This document shows positions 11,403 to 24,660 of a DNA stretch of 63,273 nucleotides, piece by piece. The DNA comes from Chara braunii (lineage: Eukaryota > Plantae > Charophyceae), in NCBI GenBank assembly GCA_003427395.1, contig BFEA01000015.1, positions 2,130,349-2,193,621 of the forward strand, given 5' to 3'. The position numbers and the translations under genes were made by a program. The notes beneath the pieces were generated by a model. That model ran no database searches. It worked only from the letters and a program-made list of their open reading frames with translations, and was not told the DNA's origin. Position 1 is the first letter of the stretch, and every line of letters begins with the position of its first letter.

Positions 11403-14400
11403 CGCCGTTCAAAATTGAATGCGAATTCGAGTCAAATTCAAACACGAATGTGCACTAATGGCGTTTAAATGGCTACATAGCGAGCAAGGTTTTTAATTTG
11501 TTTTCTCTGACCCTATTGTTCTCTCCTTCTTATCCTTATTTTTTCATCAATCTTTCTGCTGTGCTACGTTTTCTTGAGATCTTATATTTTGTGCACGCGA
11601 TTTCTTGCTAGCTCCCTCCACCTGCCAGCATAACCTTTATCCTTCTTACACCTTTCCATCTCCCTCCCTCCATGAAAAACTTCAATTGCCTTATTTCCCC
11701 CCTCGCTTTTTTCTTGCATCCTCCATTCTCAATCTTTGTCCTTTCATTTTTACCTTCTTCATCTGGATTGGTACTATGACGCTGTATGTCGTGTTAGTGT
11801 GTGAACAGAGGTTATATCCCGCACACCAAGGTAATTTGACATCGCCCTTTGACCTTTTCCTTCCTTCCCTCCTTCTCACAAGCACGGCATACATGTATCT
11901 TCTTCTTTTCGCGCAACTGCAAATAACCCTTACACCCAATAAGCAAATCAATTACTTGTTGATGTCCAATCAATTCGTGGTGGTCATCAACGCAGGGCTG
12001 GGAGGTTTATAAGATGGATTGCAAGATTTGCAAGAACCTGCATGATGATCGGATCAGTGGGGTACTGATTCCCGAGTGTTTTTTTTTAGTATGCAATAAT
12101 GGAGTATTGTCACTCGTACATGCAATGGCGTTTTGAAGTGGTGGTGGTCTTGTGCCACACGTAAGAGAGTGGGATAACATATTTTTATGCTTACTGATAA
12201 AAATTGCAGCATCATTTTTATGCTTGCATATACATGAGCATGTCTGTTGTGGTACGAATGGTCGATGACCGACTTATGTTCCACAAGTGGAAATGTGTAT
12301 TTGTACGTGAACATTGATGAGTTTTTTTTCGCCCTCTTTTTTTTTTCCCTTGCTTATATGTACAATGGAGTAAACCAGACAAAATTATCATTTACTCCAA
12401 CATTTTTTTCAACGCAAGTCTTATGTTCCACAAGTGGGAATGTGCATAAATATCGCGATATACTTCCCTTCCCCTACAATAATCACCTCTCTATACTCTC
12501 TTCCCTGCAATAATTATCGATGATGCATATCTCAATGAAATGTGTTAGAAACAACAATTTAAATCTGCAACAATTTAAATCTAAGTCATACAACATTCAC
12601 CATGAAAGTCGTTCGTATGAGAGTTGTAGGACCGTGTTTTTTAATTGTTGACATTTATTTTTCTATCTATATTTTGCTATGGTTGTTAACACTATGTTTG
12701 AAAGGTAAAAAAGTGGATTGATACATGTCGCAAAGTTTACCATTGTGCCAACAATGAAAAACGAAAACAACGAATAAAAGGGATGACTGAGATATTTCAC
12801 TTCAAACTTTCATCTATACGAAAATATAAGTGCTTCATTACTAGAGTTTAGTGCAGATCAGCACCGATGACGACAAAACAAAGTTTTTTATATAGGTTTT
12901 TTTTTCTTGCATTTGCATTTATATTTTTATTCTCTTTCGAAAATGATTTGTGTGATGCGCTGCCTCTTTTTCTTTTAGAGCGACTATGTGGGATGACATA
13001 TTTTTTTTCTCATCACTTGTTGTTTGAACATATTGCATCAATCTTGTTGTTCATTTATCTTCCTTTTGCCTTCTCTCTTACCACACAAATCCGCTACACA
13101 AATATTTAAGTATTTACTTCGAACTTCAACTCTTGTCTTTCCTTAGATTCTCGACACACCCCTTTTATCACATTTTCCTAGGCCTAAAACTTACTTTTGT
13201 CTTAAAATACTGTTGAATGTGAGGTTGACATCCAAGCTAAAATAAATTACTTTCCTATGAGTTTAGCCAAATCATTGAGGGATAACAACGAATCGTAGAC
13301 TCGATCAAAATTTCAATGGCAAGTTATCGAGTTGTCGAAATCTGCTCAACACCCAAAAAATTTATTGACTCCTAAAATGCACAACATCAGTAATGTTCAA
13401 GACTTAAACACGTGACTCAGAGAGTTTTAAAATAATCGTACAAAATGAACGTTAACCTATAGCACAATGTACTTCCCATCTCCTAATCAACCTTTCAATA
13501 AGCCTCATGCTGGAGAAGTTGCAAACATGAAAGAGAGTCAATTAACAATCCCTCGGTTGCAAGTGGCAAGATGGGAAGTAAAATTTTTGATGGTGGTGAC
13601 AATACCCCTTCACAAGCCCTCGTACTCCCTGCCCTTGATGCAGATTAAATTTCGCTAATATCTTACATTTTTATCATAAGACTCATATGCCATAGACTTC
13701 ACTTAGTAGTAGCATCTTTGCGATAGACCAGTAAAGTTTGACAAGTCGTTAGTATTATTCCTTCGACTGAAGGTAATGGGTATGTCACAGGGTGAAATGG
13801 TTAATGGATGCCTAAATTTTTAAACAATTTATCACACCATTTATGACAAATTTCACTCGTCTTTCTAACAAAAGCACTGACTTATAAAGTGAACACTATA
13901 TTAACGTACCACAAAGCAAAGATAATTGTTTTCTTAGTACCAAACAGCAAGGCAAAAATTTTACTTCATGCAAATTTTGTCGACCTTCCAACTTTAGTTT
14001 TTTTATACAAATTTTAAAAATATTGGTAAAAGCATCAATGCTCTAAAAGATACGGCCAGTGAAAAATGTAGCAATCCATATTGCATGAGTGTATGTCTCA
14101 TTCCTGATATTGGATGTGTTTTTCCATGATGTATTGCTTTGTTTTCAATAGGTTGTTGCACTAGGAGTGCCATTGGATTTTGATACCTGACATATCATCG
14201 TTACTAATATGAGTAAGAAATCTTAGACCTCCCCCTTACTGTTGTTCTTTCATAAAATTTCATGCATTTGAAACAGTAAGAAGGAAGGTGTCCCTTTGTT
14301 TGGATAAATATTTTAACCGAGGATGTTGATATGCCTTCACGATTATCCCCAAAACGGATCAAAAAATTATCGAGAACTTTGCTATTTTGATTAATAAACA

Positions 14401-14499
14401 AATTTATGCGGAGCTAACACAATGTTATCTTGTCTATACAACTTCCAAAAGCCTCCATGATCAATAAGCAACCTCAAGTAAAACTTAAGGATCAATACT

Positions 14500-16968
14500 C
14501 TTTGATCATTTTCGAACCCTGGACGGAGGGTAATCTTTTGTTTCAGGTTCTCAGACGATTAACTATATTACATCTCCCGTCCTTATATTTGCTATCGTGG
14601 CAACTTGAGTTCTCATTGTGATCTTGGACCCCTATTACTTCTCACTGAAATGAAGTTGACGAGGCAATTCAATTAGATGCAGAAGCACTACTTTGGGAAG
14701 TATTTGAGTCTTCGCAAGCTATTGTGAACAATTTTAAAATATGAATCAATGGAGATGAAGTAAAATTTAAGTTTTGAGGCCGACAAATATTCACCTCATT
14801 ACGACTATATTTTCATTCGACTAAAACTTATTATTATCCTCCCCCTTCAATCCCCCCTTTTATTTTACTTCTGAGCACTTTCAATATCAACTTATGGTCA
14901 TAACTTCGCCGTTTCTATCTCGTTTTATATGCGCACAAAATTTAAAAAAATTATAGGAATATTTTCGAGACATATCGTAAAACTATCAACGTTATCAACA
15001 AAAAAATTCCCACAAGAAATAAAAGTTTCAAAAAATATTCGATTAAAAAAAAATCCTTCATATTTAAAAATTAACATTCCAATGTTTGTCAAATTCTAAC
15101 AATTTCAGTTTTACTTGATGAGTTCCCGTTTAAAAATGATTTTTTCCTTCCAACTACGTCTATTTCTTAAAAATGAAATGAAAGTTTTTATGAGTTTATG
15201 AAATATACTAATTAAACTTTCATTCTACTTCAACAAATATCTTATAATTTGGATTAGATTAACCTATGTATGACCGAAAATTCTTATATAAAATGACAGT
15301 CCCATTAAAATATTTCATGAACTCATCCAGACTTTCATTCATCTCTAACATGCAGTTCAAATTCGAAAGGATACCCCAATATTGAAAAGAAAACTTCAAG
15401 TTAGGCATAAAATTTTAAAAGTGGAATTACATTTTTTCAGATAGAATGAAAATTTAAAATTTAGAACGTAATTTGACCATAGAATGATTATTTAATTCTG
15501 ATTTTTTTTTCTGATGATGGATACTTAAGTGACTCATATTACGGAACATGAACTTCATAGTCGAAAACATTTTCTTTATTTTGCAAACCCTACCAATACT
15601 CATTACCCATTCTAAAAGTAGATTATACAATTTAAAATGAGCAAATAGATTGAATAAAAAACGAGACATTGATAACTCTCCGTGGAGTTAACTTGACTTA
15701 ATATCCTTTGATCATTTTTGAACCCTGGATGAAGGGTAATCCTTTATTTCAGGTTCTCGGATAATTAATCGATTGGAAACCACTCATACTCTCTTACATC
15801 TTCCCTCGTTGTATTTGCAATCATGACAACTTCAGGTCTTATTGAGATCTTTGACCCCTATTACTTCTCACTAAAATAAAGTTGACGAGACAATTCAATT
15901 AGATACAGAAACATTATTTTAAAATTGTTCACAATAGCTTGCGAAGACTCATATATTTAATATATGAGTCTTCACAAGCTATTGTGAACAATTTTAAAAT
16001 ATGAATCAATGAAGATGAAGGAAACTTAAGTTTTAAACCTGACAAATATGCAACTCACTGCGACTATGTTTTTATTCAACTAAACCTTAGTATTATCCTC
16101 CCCCTTGAACTTCTCATTCTATTTTACTTTTGAGCACTTCCAATACCAACTTATGGTCATAACTTAAGAGGTTTTATCCTTTTTTTATATACGCACAAAA
16201 TTTTAAAAAATTATAAGAATATTTTTGAGACATATTAAAAAACTATCAACATCATCAACAAAACAATTCCAACAGGAAATGAAAGTTGAAAAAAAAAATC
16301 ATTAGAAAAAAATCCTTTATATTTAAAAATTAACATTCAAATGTTTGTCAGATTCTAATAATTTCAGTTTTACTTGACCAGTTCCCTTTTAAAAATGAGT
16401 TTTTTCTTCCAACTACGTCTATTTGTTGAAAATGGAATGAAAGTTTTAATGAGTTTATGAAAAATATATTAATTAAAAATTCATTCTGCTACAATAAATA
16501 TTTTTTCATTTGGATTATATTAACCTGTTTATAACCGAAAATTCTTATATAAAATGACAGTCCAATTAAAATATTTCACAAATTCATCCAGACTTTCATT
16601 TAATCTCTAACATGCAGCTCAAATTCGAAGGGATACCCCATTATTGGAAGGAAAATTTCAAGTATTGCAAAACATTTTAAGAGTGGAATGACATTTTTAA
16701 GATAGAATGAAAGTTTAAAAATTAGAATATAAATTTGGCTATAGAATGATTATTTAATTTTGGAAAATTTTTCTGATGATGGATACTTCAGTGACCCATA
16801 TTACGGAACATGGACTTCATAGTCGGAAACATTTTATTTGTTTTGCAAACCCTACCAATACTCATTACCCATGCTAAAAGTAGATTACACAATTTGAAAT
16901 GAGCTGATAGATTGAATACGAAATGAGACATTGATAATTATCAGTGGAGTGAATTTGACTTATTATCT
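14500..16968 (+). repeat. Tandem duplication of about 1.2 kb (14500-15705 and 15706-16968) in AT-rich, decayed coding-like DNA
   Basis: Both copies begin CTTTGATCATTTT.GAACCCTGGA and are collinear to TTGACTTA.TATC. Confidence 0.92.
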
Positions 16969-17135
16969 TATTAAATATGAATCTACTATCGAAAAATTAG
17001 TACAATTAAACATGTATGTCCTCCTCCTCATATTTGAATAATTATTGGATTTGATTCGATGTTCAAGATTGCTCAACAAATTTAACTTTCGCCATGAATT
17101 TTATCATATTTTCATGCATACAATAGAACAGTCAA

Positions 17136-17400
17136 TTCTTTTATATTTAGATGTTTTGAATTAAAGGCAACCAACCGTCAGGTCAGGCGGCCAATAGGCC
17201 GTAGAAGGCACGAAGTGCTCAGCCTAGACAAGACACACCTCTAGCCTTTTTCCAGATATCTGCGATTCTCTTATCTGGCATCAGATCAGACGCGAAGCGT
17301 CTGCTGAGCACAGTGCAAGGTCAGGAAATCAATACTCTAGCTACACGTGAGATTGATTCCGGACAATTAAGAGTCGGAAGGCGCAAGTTTTTTTTTCTCA
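17136..17400. other. Probable mitochondrial-derived non-coding fragment
   Basis: Cluster of mini-hairpins (CGGCC-aata-GGCCG, GCAC-gaa-GTGC, AGACGC-gaa-GCGTCT); the CACGAAGTG motif recurs in the intron fragments near 24985 and 25525. Confidence 0.5.
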
Positions 17401-17626
17401 ATCAATGGAAGTTATTTTATTATGAATTGATTATTATTTATTTCTTATTCTCTATCTATTAATTACTATTCTTATAATAATGAAATGCAATATTCTATTA
17501 CATTGTATTCTCATCTTCTCCAATCTAATTGAAAATAGCAATATGTATGTTTATTTCCATTTATCAAATGTTTCTTGTAGGTATGAATCGTCTAATAAAA
17601 TATTCTCTTAAAATAGAATCATTAGC

Positions 17627-17830
17627 CAAGTCATTGAAATGATTGTGGATGCTATCTATGAATTGCCCTCTTCTACTGGGCCTCATAAAGCATTGCGCAA
17701 AGTACGAAATTGGAAAAACACAAAATGGTTAGTGAAGGGCGAAGCTCAGTGTATAAGCGGCGCCTTGTTATCACGAATTCAAGATCAAAAGTTTTTGGAC
17801 TTAATAGCATTTTTCTCAACAAGAGAGAAG
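17627..17830 (+). pseudogene. Degenerate group II intron RT/maturase fragment (NUMT)
   Basis: QVIEMIVDAIYE...GPHKALRKVRNWKNTKWLVKGE...LLSRIQDQKFLDLI follows the maturase RT2-RT3 pattern, with deletions. Confidence 0.78.
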
Positions 17831-18460
17831 TTAAATTCAATGAACTTACTTCTCTGGACTGCCCCTTGTCCCACAGGGAATTGAGTGAAGTTTTCTCTAT
17901 GCTAGAGAAGATTTCACCTGTACCGCCTCTTGTCTTATACNNNNNNNNNNNNNNNNNNNNNNNNNNNNNNNNNNNNNNNNNNNNNNNNNNNNNNNNNNNN
18001 NNNNNNNNNNNNNNNNNNNNNNNNNNNNNNNNNNNNNNNNNNNNNNNNNNNNNNNNNNNNNNNNNNNNNNNNNNNNNNNNNNNNNNNNNNNNNNNNNNNN
18101 NNNNNNNNNNNNNNNNNNNNNNNNNNNNNNNNNNNNNNNNNNNNNNNNNNNNNNNNNNNNNNNNNNNNNNNNNNNNNNNNNNNNNNNNNNNNNNNNNNNN
18201 NNNNNNNNNNNNNNNNNNNNNNNNNNNNNNNNNNNNNNNNNNNNNNNNNNNNNNNNNNNNNNNNNNNNNNNNNNNNNNNNNNNNNNNNNNNNNNNNNNNN
18301 NNNNNNNNNNNNNNNNNNNNNNNNNNNNNNNNNNNNNNNNNNNNNNNNNNNNNNNNNNNNNNNNNNNNNNNNNNNNNNNNNNNNNNNNNNNNNNNNNNNN
18401 NNNNNNNNNNNNNNNNNNNNNNNNNNNNNNNNNNNNNNNNNNNNNNNNNNNNNNNNNNNN

Positions 18461-18661
18461 TAATATAATACAAGAAAAAGCGCCAATATTCATAAATAAA
18501 TAAAAGATCATATAAACTAATAAACTAGCATATCCATCATTTCTACCCGCTATAATACCAATCAATAGATACCCAGCCTGAGCAATTGAAGAATATGTAA
18601 GTATACGTTTCATGCTTGTTTCAACCATAGCTAAAACATTCCCTACAATCATACTAAGTAT
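18461..18661 (-). pseudogene. ndhB: Plastid ndhB internal fragment (NUPT)
   Basis: [67 protein letters not shown]; runs into an N-gap. Confidence 0.92.
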
Positions 18662-18711
18662 ATGGTAGCTAAAACTGGAGCTGTAGAAAGATAAGTTTTA
18701 ACATCTTGCAT
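18661..18711 (-). pseudogene. psaJ: Plastid psaJ 5' fragment (NUPT)
   Basis: [17 protein letters not shown], preceded by the Shine-Dalgarno-like AAGGAG (18720-18725). Confidence 0.92.
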
Positions 18712-18737
18712 TTTGAATTCTCCTTGATTATGAATAA

Positions 18738-18780
<43 letters not shown>

Positions 18781-18887
18781 TTATATATATATTTATATAT
18801 TTGTTTTATTCAGAATCAAGAAGTCAATCCAATCTCAGTCAGACTCAATGTGAATCGTAGTCCAGATTCTTGTTGGTTTAGTGAGGG

Positions 18888-19046
18888 ATAGGACCTGAAT
18901 ATGCTGGATCTCTAGGTATTATGCAAGCTATAGTAGATGGAGTAAAACTTCTTATTAAAGAAGATATAATTCCTGCTCAAGGAGATAAATGGTTGTTCTC
19001 TATTGGACCAGTTTTAGTAGTAACTCCAGTAATATTAAGCTATTTT
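18888..19046 (+). pseudogene. ndhA: Plastid ndhA fragment (NUPT)
   Basis: [52 protein letters not shown]. Confidence 0.92.
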
Positions 19047-20297
19047 TTTAAATATATACCCATCAGTTAAATAAATCAGTAGAAATCATAATACATTACC
19101 CATGTGTTAACGCATAATTGATACAACATTCCTGAATCCCGTTGACACAAACAAGTTCACTAAGAGCTTGTTTATCTATTATATGATTATTTATATGTTT
19201 GATTTCGTATTTTACAAGTCATAAGACTCATGTTTTAATGTCGCTATGAGGAAGAGTCAATTATTTCCAATTAAGATTTTTTCTCTCGGATGTATGGTTA
19301 TCAGTTGGTTGACACCAAACCCGCAAGATGAAAACTATGAGAGATGCATTTACATCCGTGTACTTGAGGCAAGTTGAAGCATTTTTGTCACTTTCTAAAC
19401 CCAACTTCCTATTAACAATCTTTCATCGAGAAATGTGTGGCGAATCTTTTGAAGAAGTATTAGACATTGATGTAAGATCAAGAGTTTGATAAACCTCATC
19501 GTGTCTTTGAGACCCTAAGAAAATCCTCATTTCAATCTTACGTTTTATCCACCCGGATGGACTCACATGTAAAAGTCATCTTCGTTATTGTTGTCTTAGA
19601 AAGAATTACATGGGCGACAATAAGTTATCCAGTATGCATCTAAGATGATTTTACGCGAGTACTTGATACTAGAGGTGAGTACTACGTGGTATTATGAATT
19701 ATTGGGCACTTTTAATAACACGGTTGAAATTTGTAACGAACCTATATATAATAGATAAAGATGGTCACATTTTTTGCTTAGTAGCGATTCATCGTCGATG
19801 ACTTGAGTTGCGAAAAACTTTTATGTAGTGGTTGGTCTATGAGACTTTAAATATGGAGGTGAAAAAACGTGCAACAAATAACCTCGACCTTAAAATATTG
19901 GAAACATAAGAAGATTAACCGTCGCATATTGTTACAAGTTTTTTGCAACTAATTCTGCTAGTGTGGAGGAGGGACGATTATAAAAACCAACTGGGTGACT
20001 TGCACCACTGAATTCCCTCACCATAATGATATAGAAAGTGGTAAGGAAAAACGAAGTGTGATACTTTTTTTAAATATATGAGTTTCTTCTCTTGGTAGCC
20101 AAATGATTATGTTTAACATGTAATAAAAACTATAACAAATATATTATCTGCCTCAAAGTGACCAAACTTAAGAGGGTATAAAAACACTAAATTACAATAA
20201 TGGTTAATATGTAGTGTCATTTTTTATAATTTTTTAACCGCAATTACCGAATGGGTTCGTTCTTTTTTTGTTTTGTTTTTTCGTGATTCGTATTAGG

Positions 20298-20670
20298 CTG
20301 CATAGCATCGCGCTCGGGCTCGGTGACCGAACCCGAACGTGACCCAAAATAGACCGAGCCCGAATATTTTTCTTTTTTTAATTTATTTATATATATATAT
20401 ATATATAGGGGTCGGGGGACCCTGGGGGCATCGCTCATGACTCCTAAACATACACACACACACACCATACACACGCACCCCCGGACATCCCACAAACACC
20501 TCACATACACCCCACACACCCCACACACCACACACACCACACACACAAGGACGCGCTCGGCAACCCTCTAATTTGCGCTCGAGCGAACATGTTCGGTTTG
20601 CGCTCGGCCGAGCGCCCGAACATGTTCGCCTGCTCGGTGGGGCGCGGAACATGTTCGGTGTGCTACACAG
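20298..20670. mobile_element. hAT-type MITE
   Basis: TIR CTGCATAGCA / TGCTACACAG; perfect 8-bp TSD GTATTAGG (20290-20297, 20671-20678). Confidence 0.88.
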
Positions 20671-21336
20671 GTATTAGGGTGTATTTGTATTCAGTTTTGA
20701 CGTATTTCGACCAACAACGAAAAAATTGGCGAAAACATTGAAAGTTACTCTAAACAGGGTTTTTTAAATTTACATTGCTTCTAAATTTTGTTTTTCATTT
20801 TTTTTAAGTCTGTTAGATTCTATGATGTTTGTATTGCGAGCCTGCAGTGTCTGTTCGCGAAATTTTCGATGACATTGCGTATGGCGAGGCAACGAAAAAC
20901 CCCAAATTTGGAGTCTTCCATTAACCAATTCTCTAAAATAGTAAAAAGTAGACCAAGAAAAAAATCCAATTTGCAAAGTCCACATTGTTTTCCATAGAAA
21001 ATTATTTCGGTCAAACACAATGTGACTCAAGGCTCATATGTCACCAACCTATTTTTAGCAAAATAAAAAAACTTGTTGAAAAAAGAAAAAGGGAAGAAAA
21101 GCTAGGCTGCCAGTTGTCCGATTGCGAGACGTCTCCGGGAGACGGTAAGGGGGAGTTGTTAGGAAAATCGGACAACTGTTTTTTTGCCAAAAAAAAAACA
21201 AAAAAACAAAACAAAACGGGGGGGGTCTGCGCGCCACTAGGGGACCCCCCCCAAAAAAAATTCAGGTTGTTCCGAGCATGGGGCGAGGTGTGATGGTGGG
21301 GTGTTGGAGGGGGTGGATTGCTTGGAGAGTTGAAAT

Positions 21337-21577
21337 GGAGGCCCTGCTGTTGCACATGCAGCAACTGCAACTGCTTCCTCTGACGCAGTGCATGGACCAT
21401 CCGCTCAGGCAGATGCAACAACTGCAAAGACAGCGACATCCACACACACACACACACAGGAGGGTTTGCCGCTGCAGTCATCAACTGCTGCACATGCAGT
21501 GACTGCAGCTGCTTCGTCTGACGCAGCGTGTGGATCATCCCCTCTGGCAGATGCAGCAGCTGCAGTGACAACGGCAT

Positions 21578-21621
<44 letters not shown>

Positions 21622-21775
21622 GAGGGCCTGCTGCTGCAATCAGCAACTGCTGCACATGTAGCGACTGCAGCTGCTTCGTTTGACGCAGCGTGTGGACCAT
21701 CCACTCCGGCAGATGCAGCAGTTGCAGTGACAGCGACATCCACACACCACACGCACACACACACACACACACACA
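21337..21775. repeat. Three tandem 120-160 bp units, each ending in (CA)n
   Basis: GGAGG...GCTGCTTC.T.TGACGCAG.G..TGGA.CATCC...GGCAGATGCA units at about 21337, 21459 and 21621. Confidence 0.88.
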
Positions 21776-21992
21776 TTCTATCCACACACAAACACAACGA
21801 GTGACACGCACGTGAGCACACATGCACACAGTCACACACACGCACTATCTACTCGCACACACACACACACTGTCTGCACACACACATGCGCTATGTAGAC
21901 AAACACAGATGCACTGTCTACACACACACACACACACACACACTAACACCCACGCACACACACACACACACACTCAGACGCACACTGGGAAA

Positions 21993-23060
21993 CTATGTAT
22001 CACCCGCGGTCATGACCGCGGGCTGTCATGACCGCGGGCTTTTTTGCGGCATGCGGTCAGGACGCTGCCCGCGGCGGTCGACCCTCACGGCCGACTGTGG
22101 GCATGAAACCCGAGAATTAAAAAGAAATAAAATAATAGGCCAAAAAATATATATATATACAGAGTTGCCAGGCCGAACGTACGGAGGCCCCTAAGCTGAC
22201 CCCCGAACGTTCGGGCGTTCGGGTTCCCGTATGGGGCCTGAACTTGAAGGGGTTCGGACCCCGTAAGAAAATATTTTGGTACCTAAAAATTATTATTTTT
22301 TTCTGATGTTTTTTTTGTGAGTTCTCTGTTATGTCAGCTACCTGGCTGAACAAAATTATTATTTTTTCAAACTTTATTTGGAGGTTATCTATTATGTAAG
22401 ATACATGTGTATAAAATTTCATAGCATTAGACAAAGCCAAAACAAAATGAAAAATCGTCAAAGATGGCGGTGTCAAAAACTTGCCTGCCCACGCAATAAT
22501 TTCATTCTCGTTTTATTTTTTCTTATTTTCATTAATATTATTTATTTTTCGTATTCGATTTTTATTTCACATTTGGTAATGAATTTGGATGTACTGTTGA
22601 GGCAAATGTTGTTTAGTTTATTCTTCTGCTTGACATATGTTTTTTTCAGAATTTTTGGAAACATTGTTTGTTTGTTTGTTTGTTTTTGTTTTTTTTTTGG
22701 TTCGGCGTTCGACCGAACGTCCGAATGCATCGAGAGGGGGTCCCAAACGTTCGGGCGTTCGGGTTCGGGTATATATATATATATGGGGTTGTAGGGTTTG
22801 AAATTTCCTACAACCCGACAGTTTTAGTTTTATTTTTTGACTTCGTTTTTTATTTTAAAAAAATAAAAAACAAAAATCCCTTAGGCAAAAGTTCTTCAAT
22901 TTATTCTTTTAGTAAGAAAAATAAAGGATTTTTTTTGATTTTTATCTCAAATGTGGTAACGAATTTGATATATCCCCAAGGCGAAAGTTGTTCAGTTTAT
23001 TTTTTGGCATAACATATATTTTTTTTAGATTTTTTTAATTTTTTTTTTTTTTTTTTTTTN

Positions 23061-23091
<31 letters not shown>

Positions 23092-23173
23092 ATGATCGTG
23101 GACCGCGACCTCGCGGCCGAGACCGCAGTCCGCTTTCGTGCCCGCGGCGACCACGGCCGCGGGGGACTCATAG
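21993..23173. mobile_element. hAT-type MITE hosting a nested MITE
   Basis: TIR CTATGTATCACCCGCGG / CCGCGGGGGACTCATAG; TSD CTGGGAAA/CTGGGAAG; CCGCGG subterminal repeats. Confidence 0.8.
22160..22770 (+). mobile_element. 3'-truncated copy of the 31983-33042 MITE family
   Basis: Begins CAGAGTTGCCAGGCCGAACGTACG and is collinear with 31983 onward; lacks the right TIR; flanked by (AT)n. Confidence 0.8.
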
Positions 23174-24262
23174 CTGGGAAGGAAACAGTAGCAAGGGCAA
23201 GGCAAAAGTTGTTCAGTTTATTAAATTACAATTAATTTTATTTTTCTGCATAAGATTGTTTTATTGTTTATTTCAAATTTGATAAAGAATTTCGATGTAA
23301 CCCCAAGGCAAAACTTGTTCAATTTATTTTTCTGCATAACATAGTTTGTTTTCATAAGTTTTTGAGTTTTTTTTTTTTCTTTTGGCCATTCAGGCTTCGG
23401 ACAGACTGCTCGGGGAGGACATCCGACCAGGTTTCCGATCGGACAACCCCGGACGGTCAGGGGGGTCCCGGACGTCCGATCTGGTAACATAGAAAAAAAG
23501 TTTTTATAGAAATTTTGAGGATAGTCACTTTTGTGGTCATAAGAAGACGTATCCCCAATGGAACTGCAAAGACAACGAAACAGGAAAAGAGCCACGCGTG
23601 CAGGGGCCCTTGCATGCATAGATAGGGGTGCATGCATAGAGGGCCCCCCATATGTATAGGGGGTCCACTATATGCATATAGGGCAGCTTACATGGGGACC
23701 CAGGGGGGGGCCCTTCAAGGACCCCCGCACATGGGGGGCCTTGCACGCATATCTAGAGGGGGCCCCGTGCATGCAGGGGGGATGCCCATATGAGGGGGCC
23801 CGACATGTATGGGCCCCTACGCACAGGGGAACCCCTTTAACCATTCCTCCAATTCCTATATCTTGATATGGGTCGGCCCCCCATGTGAGGCATATACGGG
23901 ACTGCGCGCATAGGCGTCCCTCATGCGTGCATAACCTCCACACATGCATTTTTATTGGGGGGTTTGCATGCATGGGGGGCCCAAATGCCCCCCATATATG
24001 CGGGACCCCATATACGCGGGGCCCTCATGTAAGGTGCACACATGCATGCCCCCCCCCATGTATGGTGGCCCCCCATGAATGGTGGTCCCCCATGTATGGC
24101 GGCCCCCCAGATGCATGCATGTATTTGGGAGGCCCCATATATGCCCCCAATTCATATATCTCAATGAGCAATGACAAACCAAAATTCGATACTTGTAAAA
24201 TGCCATAAGCTTGATTTTGTTGTGATCCAGCGAAAAGTTCAATCCCAAATTGCACAACCAAC

Positions 24263-24650
24263 CTTCCGCTGCATTCAATCCCCTAACTTTCGCTACCTTC
24301 AATCACCCACCTTCCCCTGCCTTTAATCCCCCACCTTCAATCCCCCATCTTCCGCTGCCTTCAATCCTCTACCTTTAACCGCCTTCCCCCTCCCCGCCTT
24401 CACCTTTCTCGGCCTTTTGGCAAAAGATGAAGTGTAGTATTTGTTCCGCTAAGTTTAATATTTGATCTGTTGCCCATCGGGGCTCTAAATAATAATAATA
24501 ATAACAAAAAAAATCCACCACCTTCCTTTCCCTTCCTTCCTGCACCTTGCCTCGCCTTCCATCCCGAGCATTCCCCCGCCTTGCCCCGCCTGCCCTCCCC
24601 TGCTATCCCACGACCTGCCTTCCTGCGCCCCGATGTGCCGCACATCTGTT
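24263..24650. repeat. Dispersed repeat with an inverted copy at 26620-27070
   Basis: CACCTTTCTCGG..TTTTGGC.AAGAT.AAGTGTAGTAT and the CCTTCAATCCCC minisatellite occur reverse-complemented at 26620-27070. Confidence 0.75.
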
Positions 24651-24660
24651 CTCCCCACAT

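Noticed and set aside
14204-14401. Helitron helicase-like FLIRFGD motif on the minus strand
   Set aside because: Single short resemblance; no other helicase motifs, and the + strand looks more coding-like
17673-18486. ORFs spanning N-runs (also near 26.4, 33.4, 35.7 and 61.7 kb)
   Set aside because: Open only because of assembly gaps
21041-21845. Long Cys/Val- or His/Thr-rich ORFs
   Set aside because: Translations of (CA)n-containing tandem repeats
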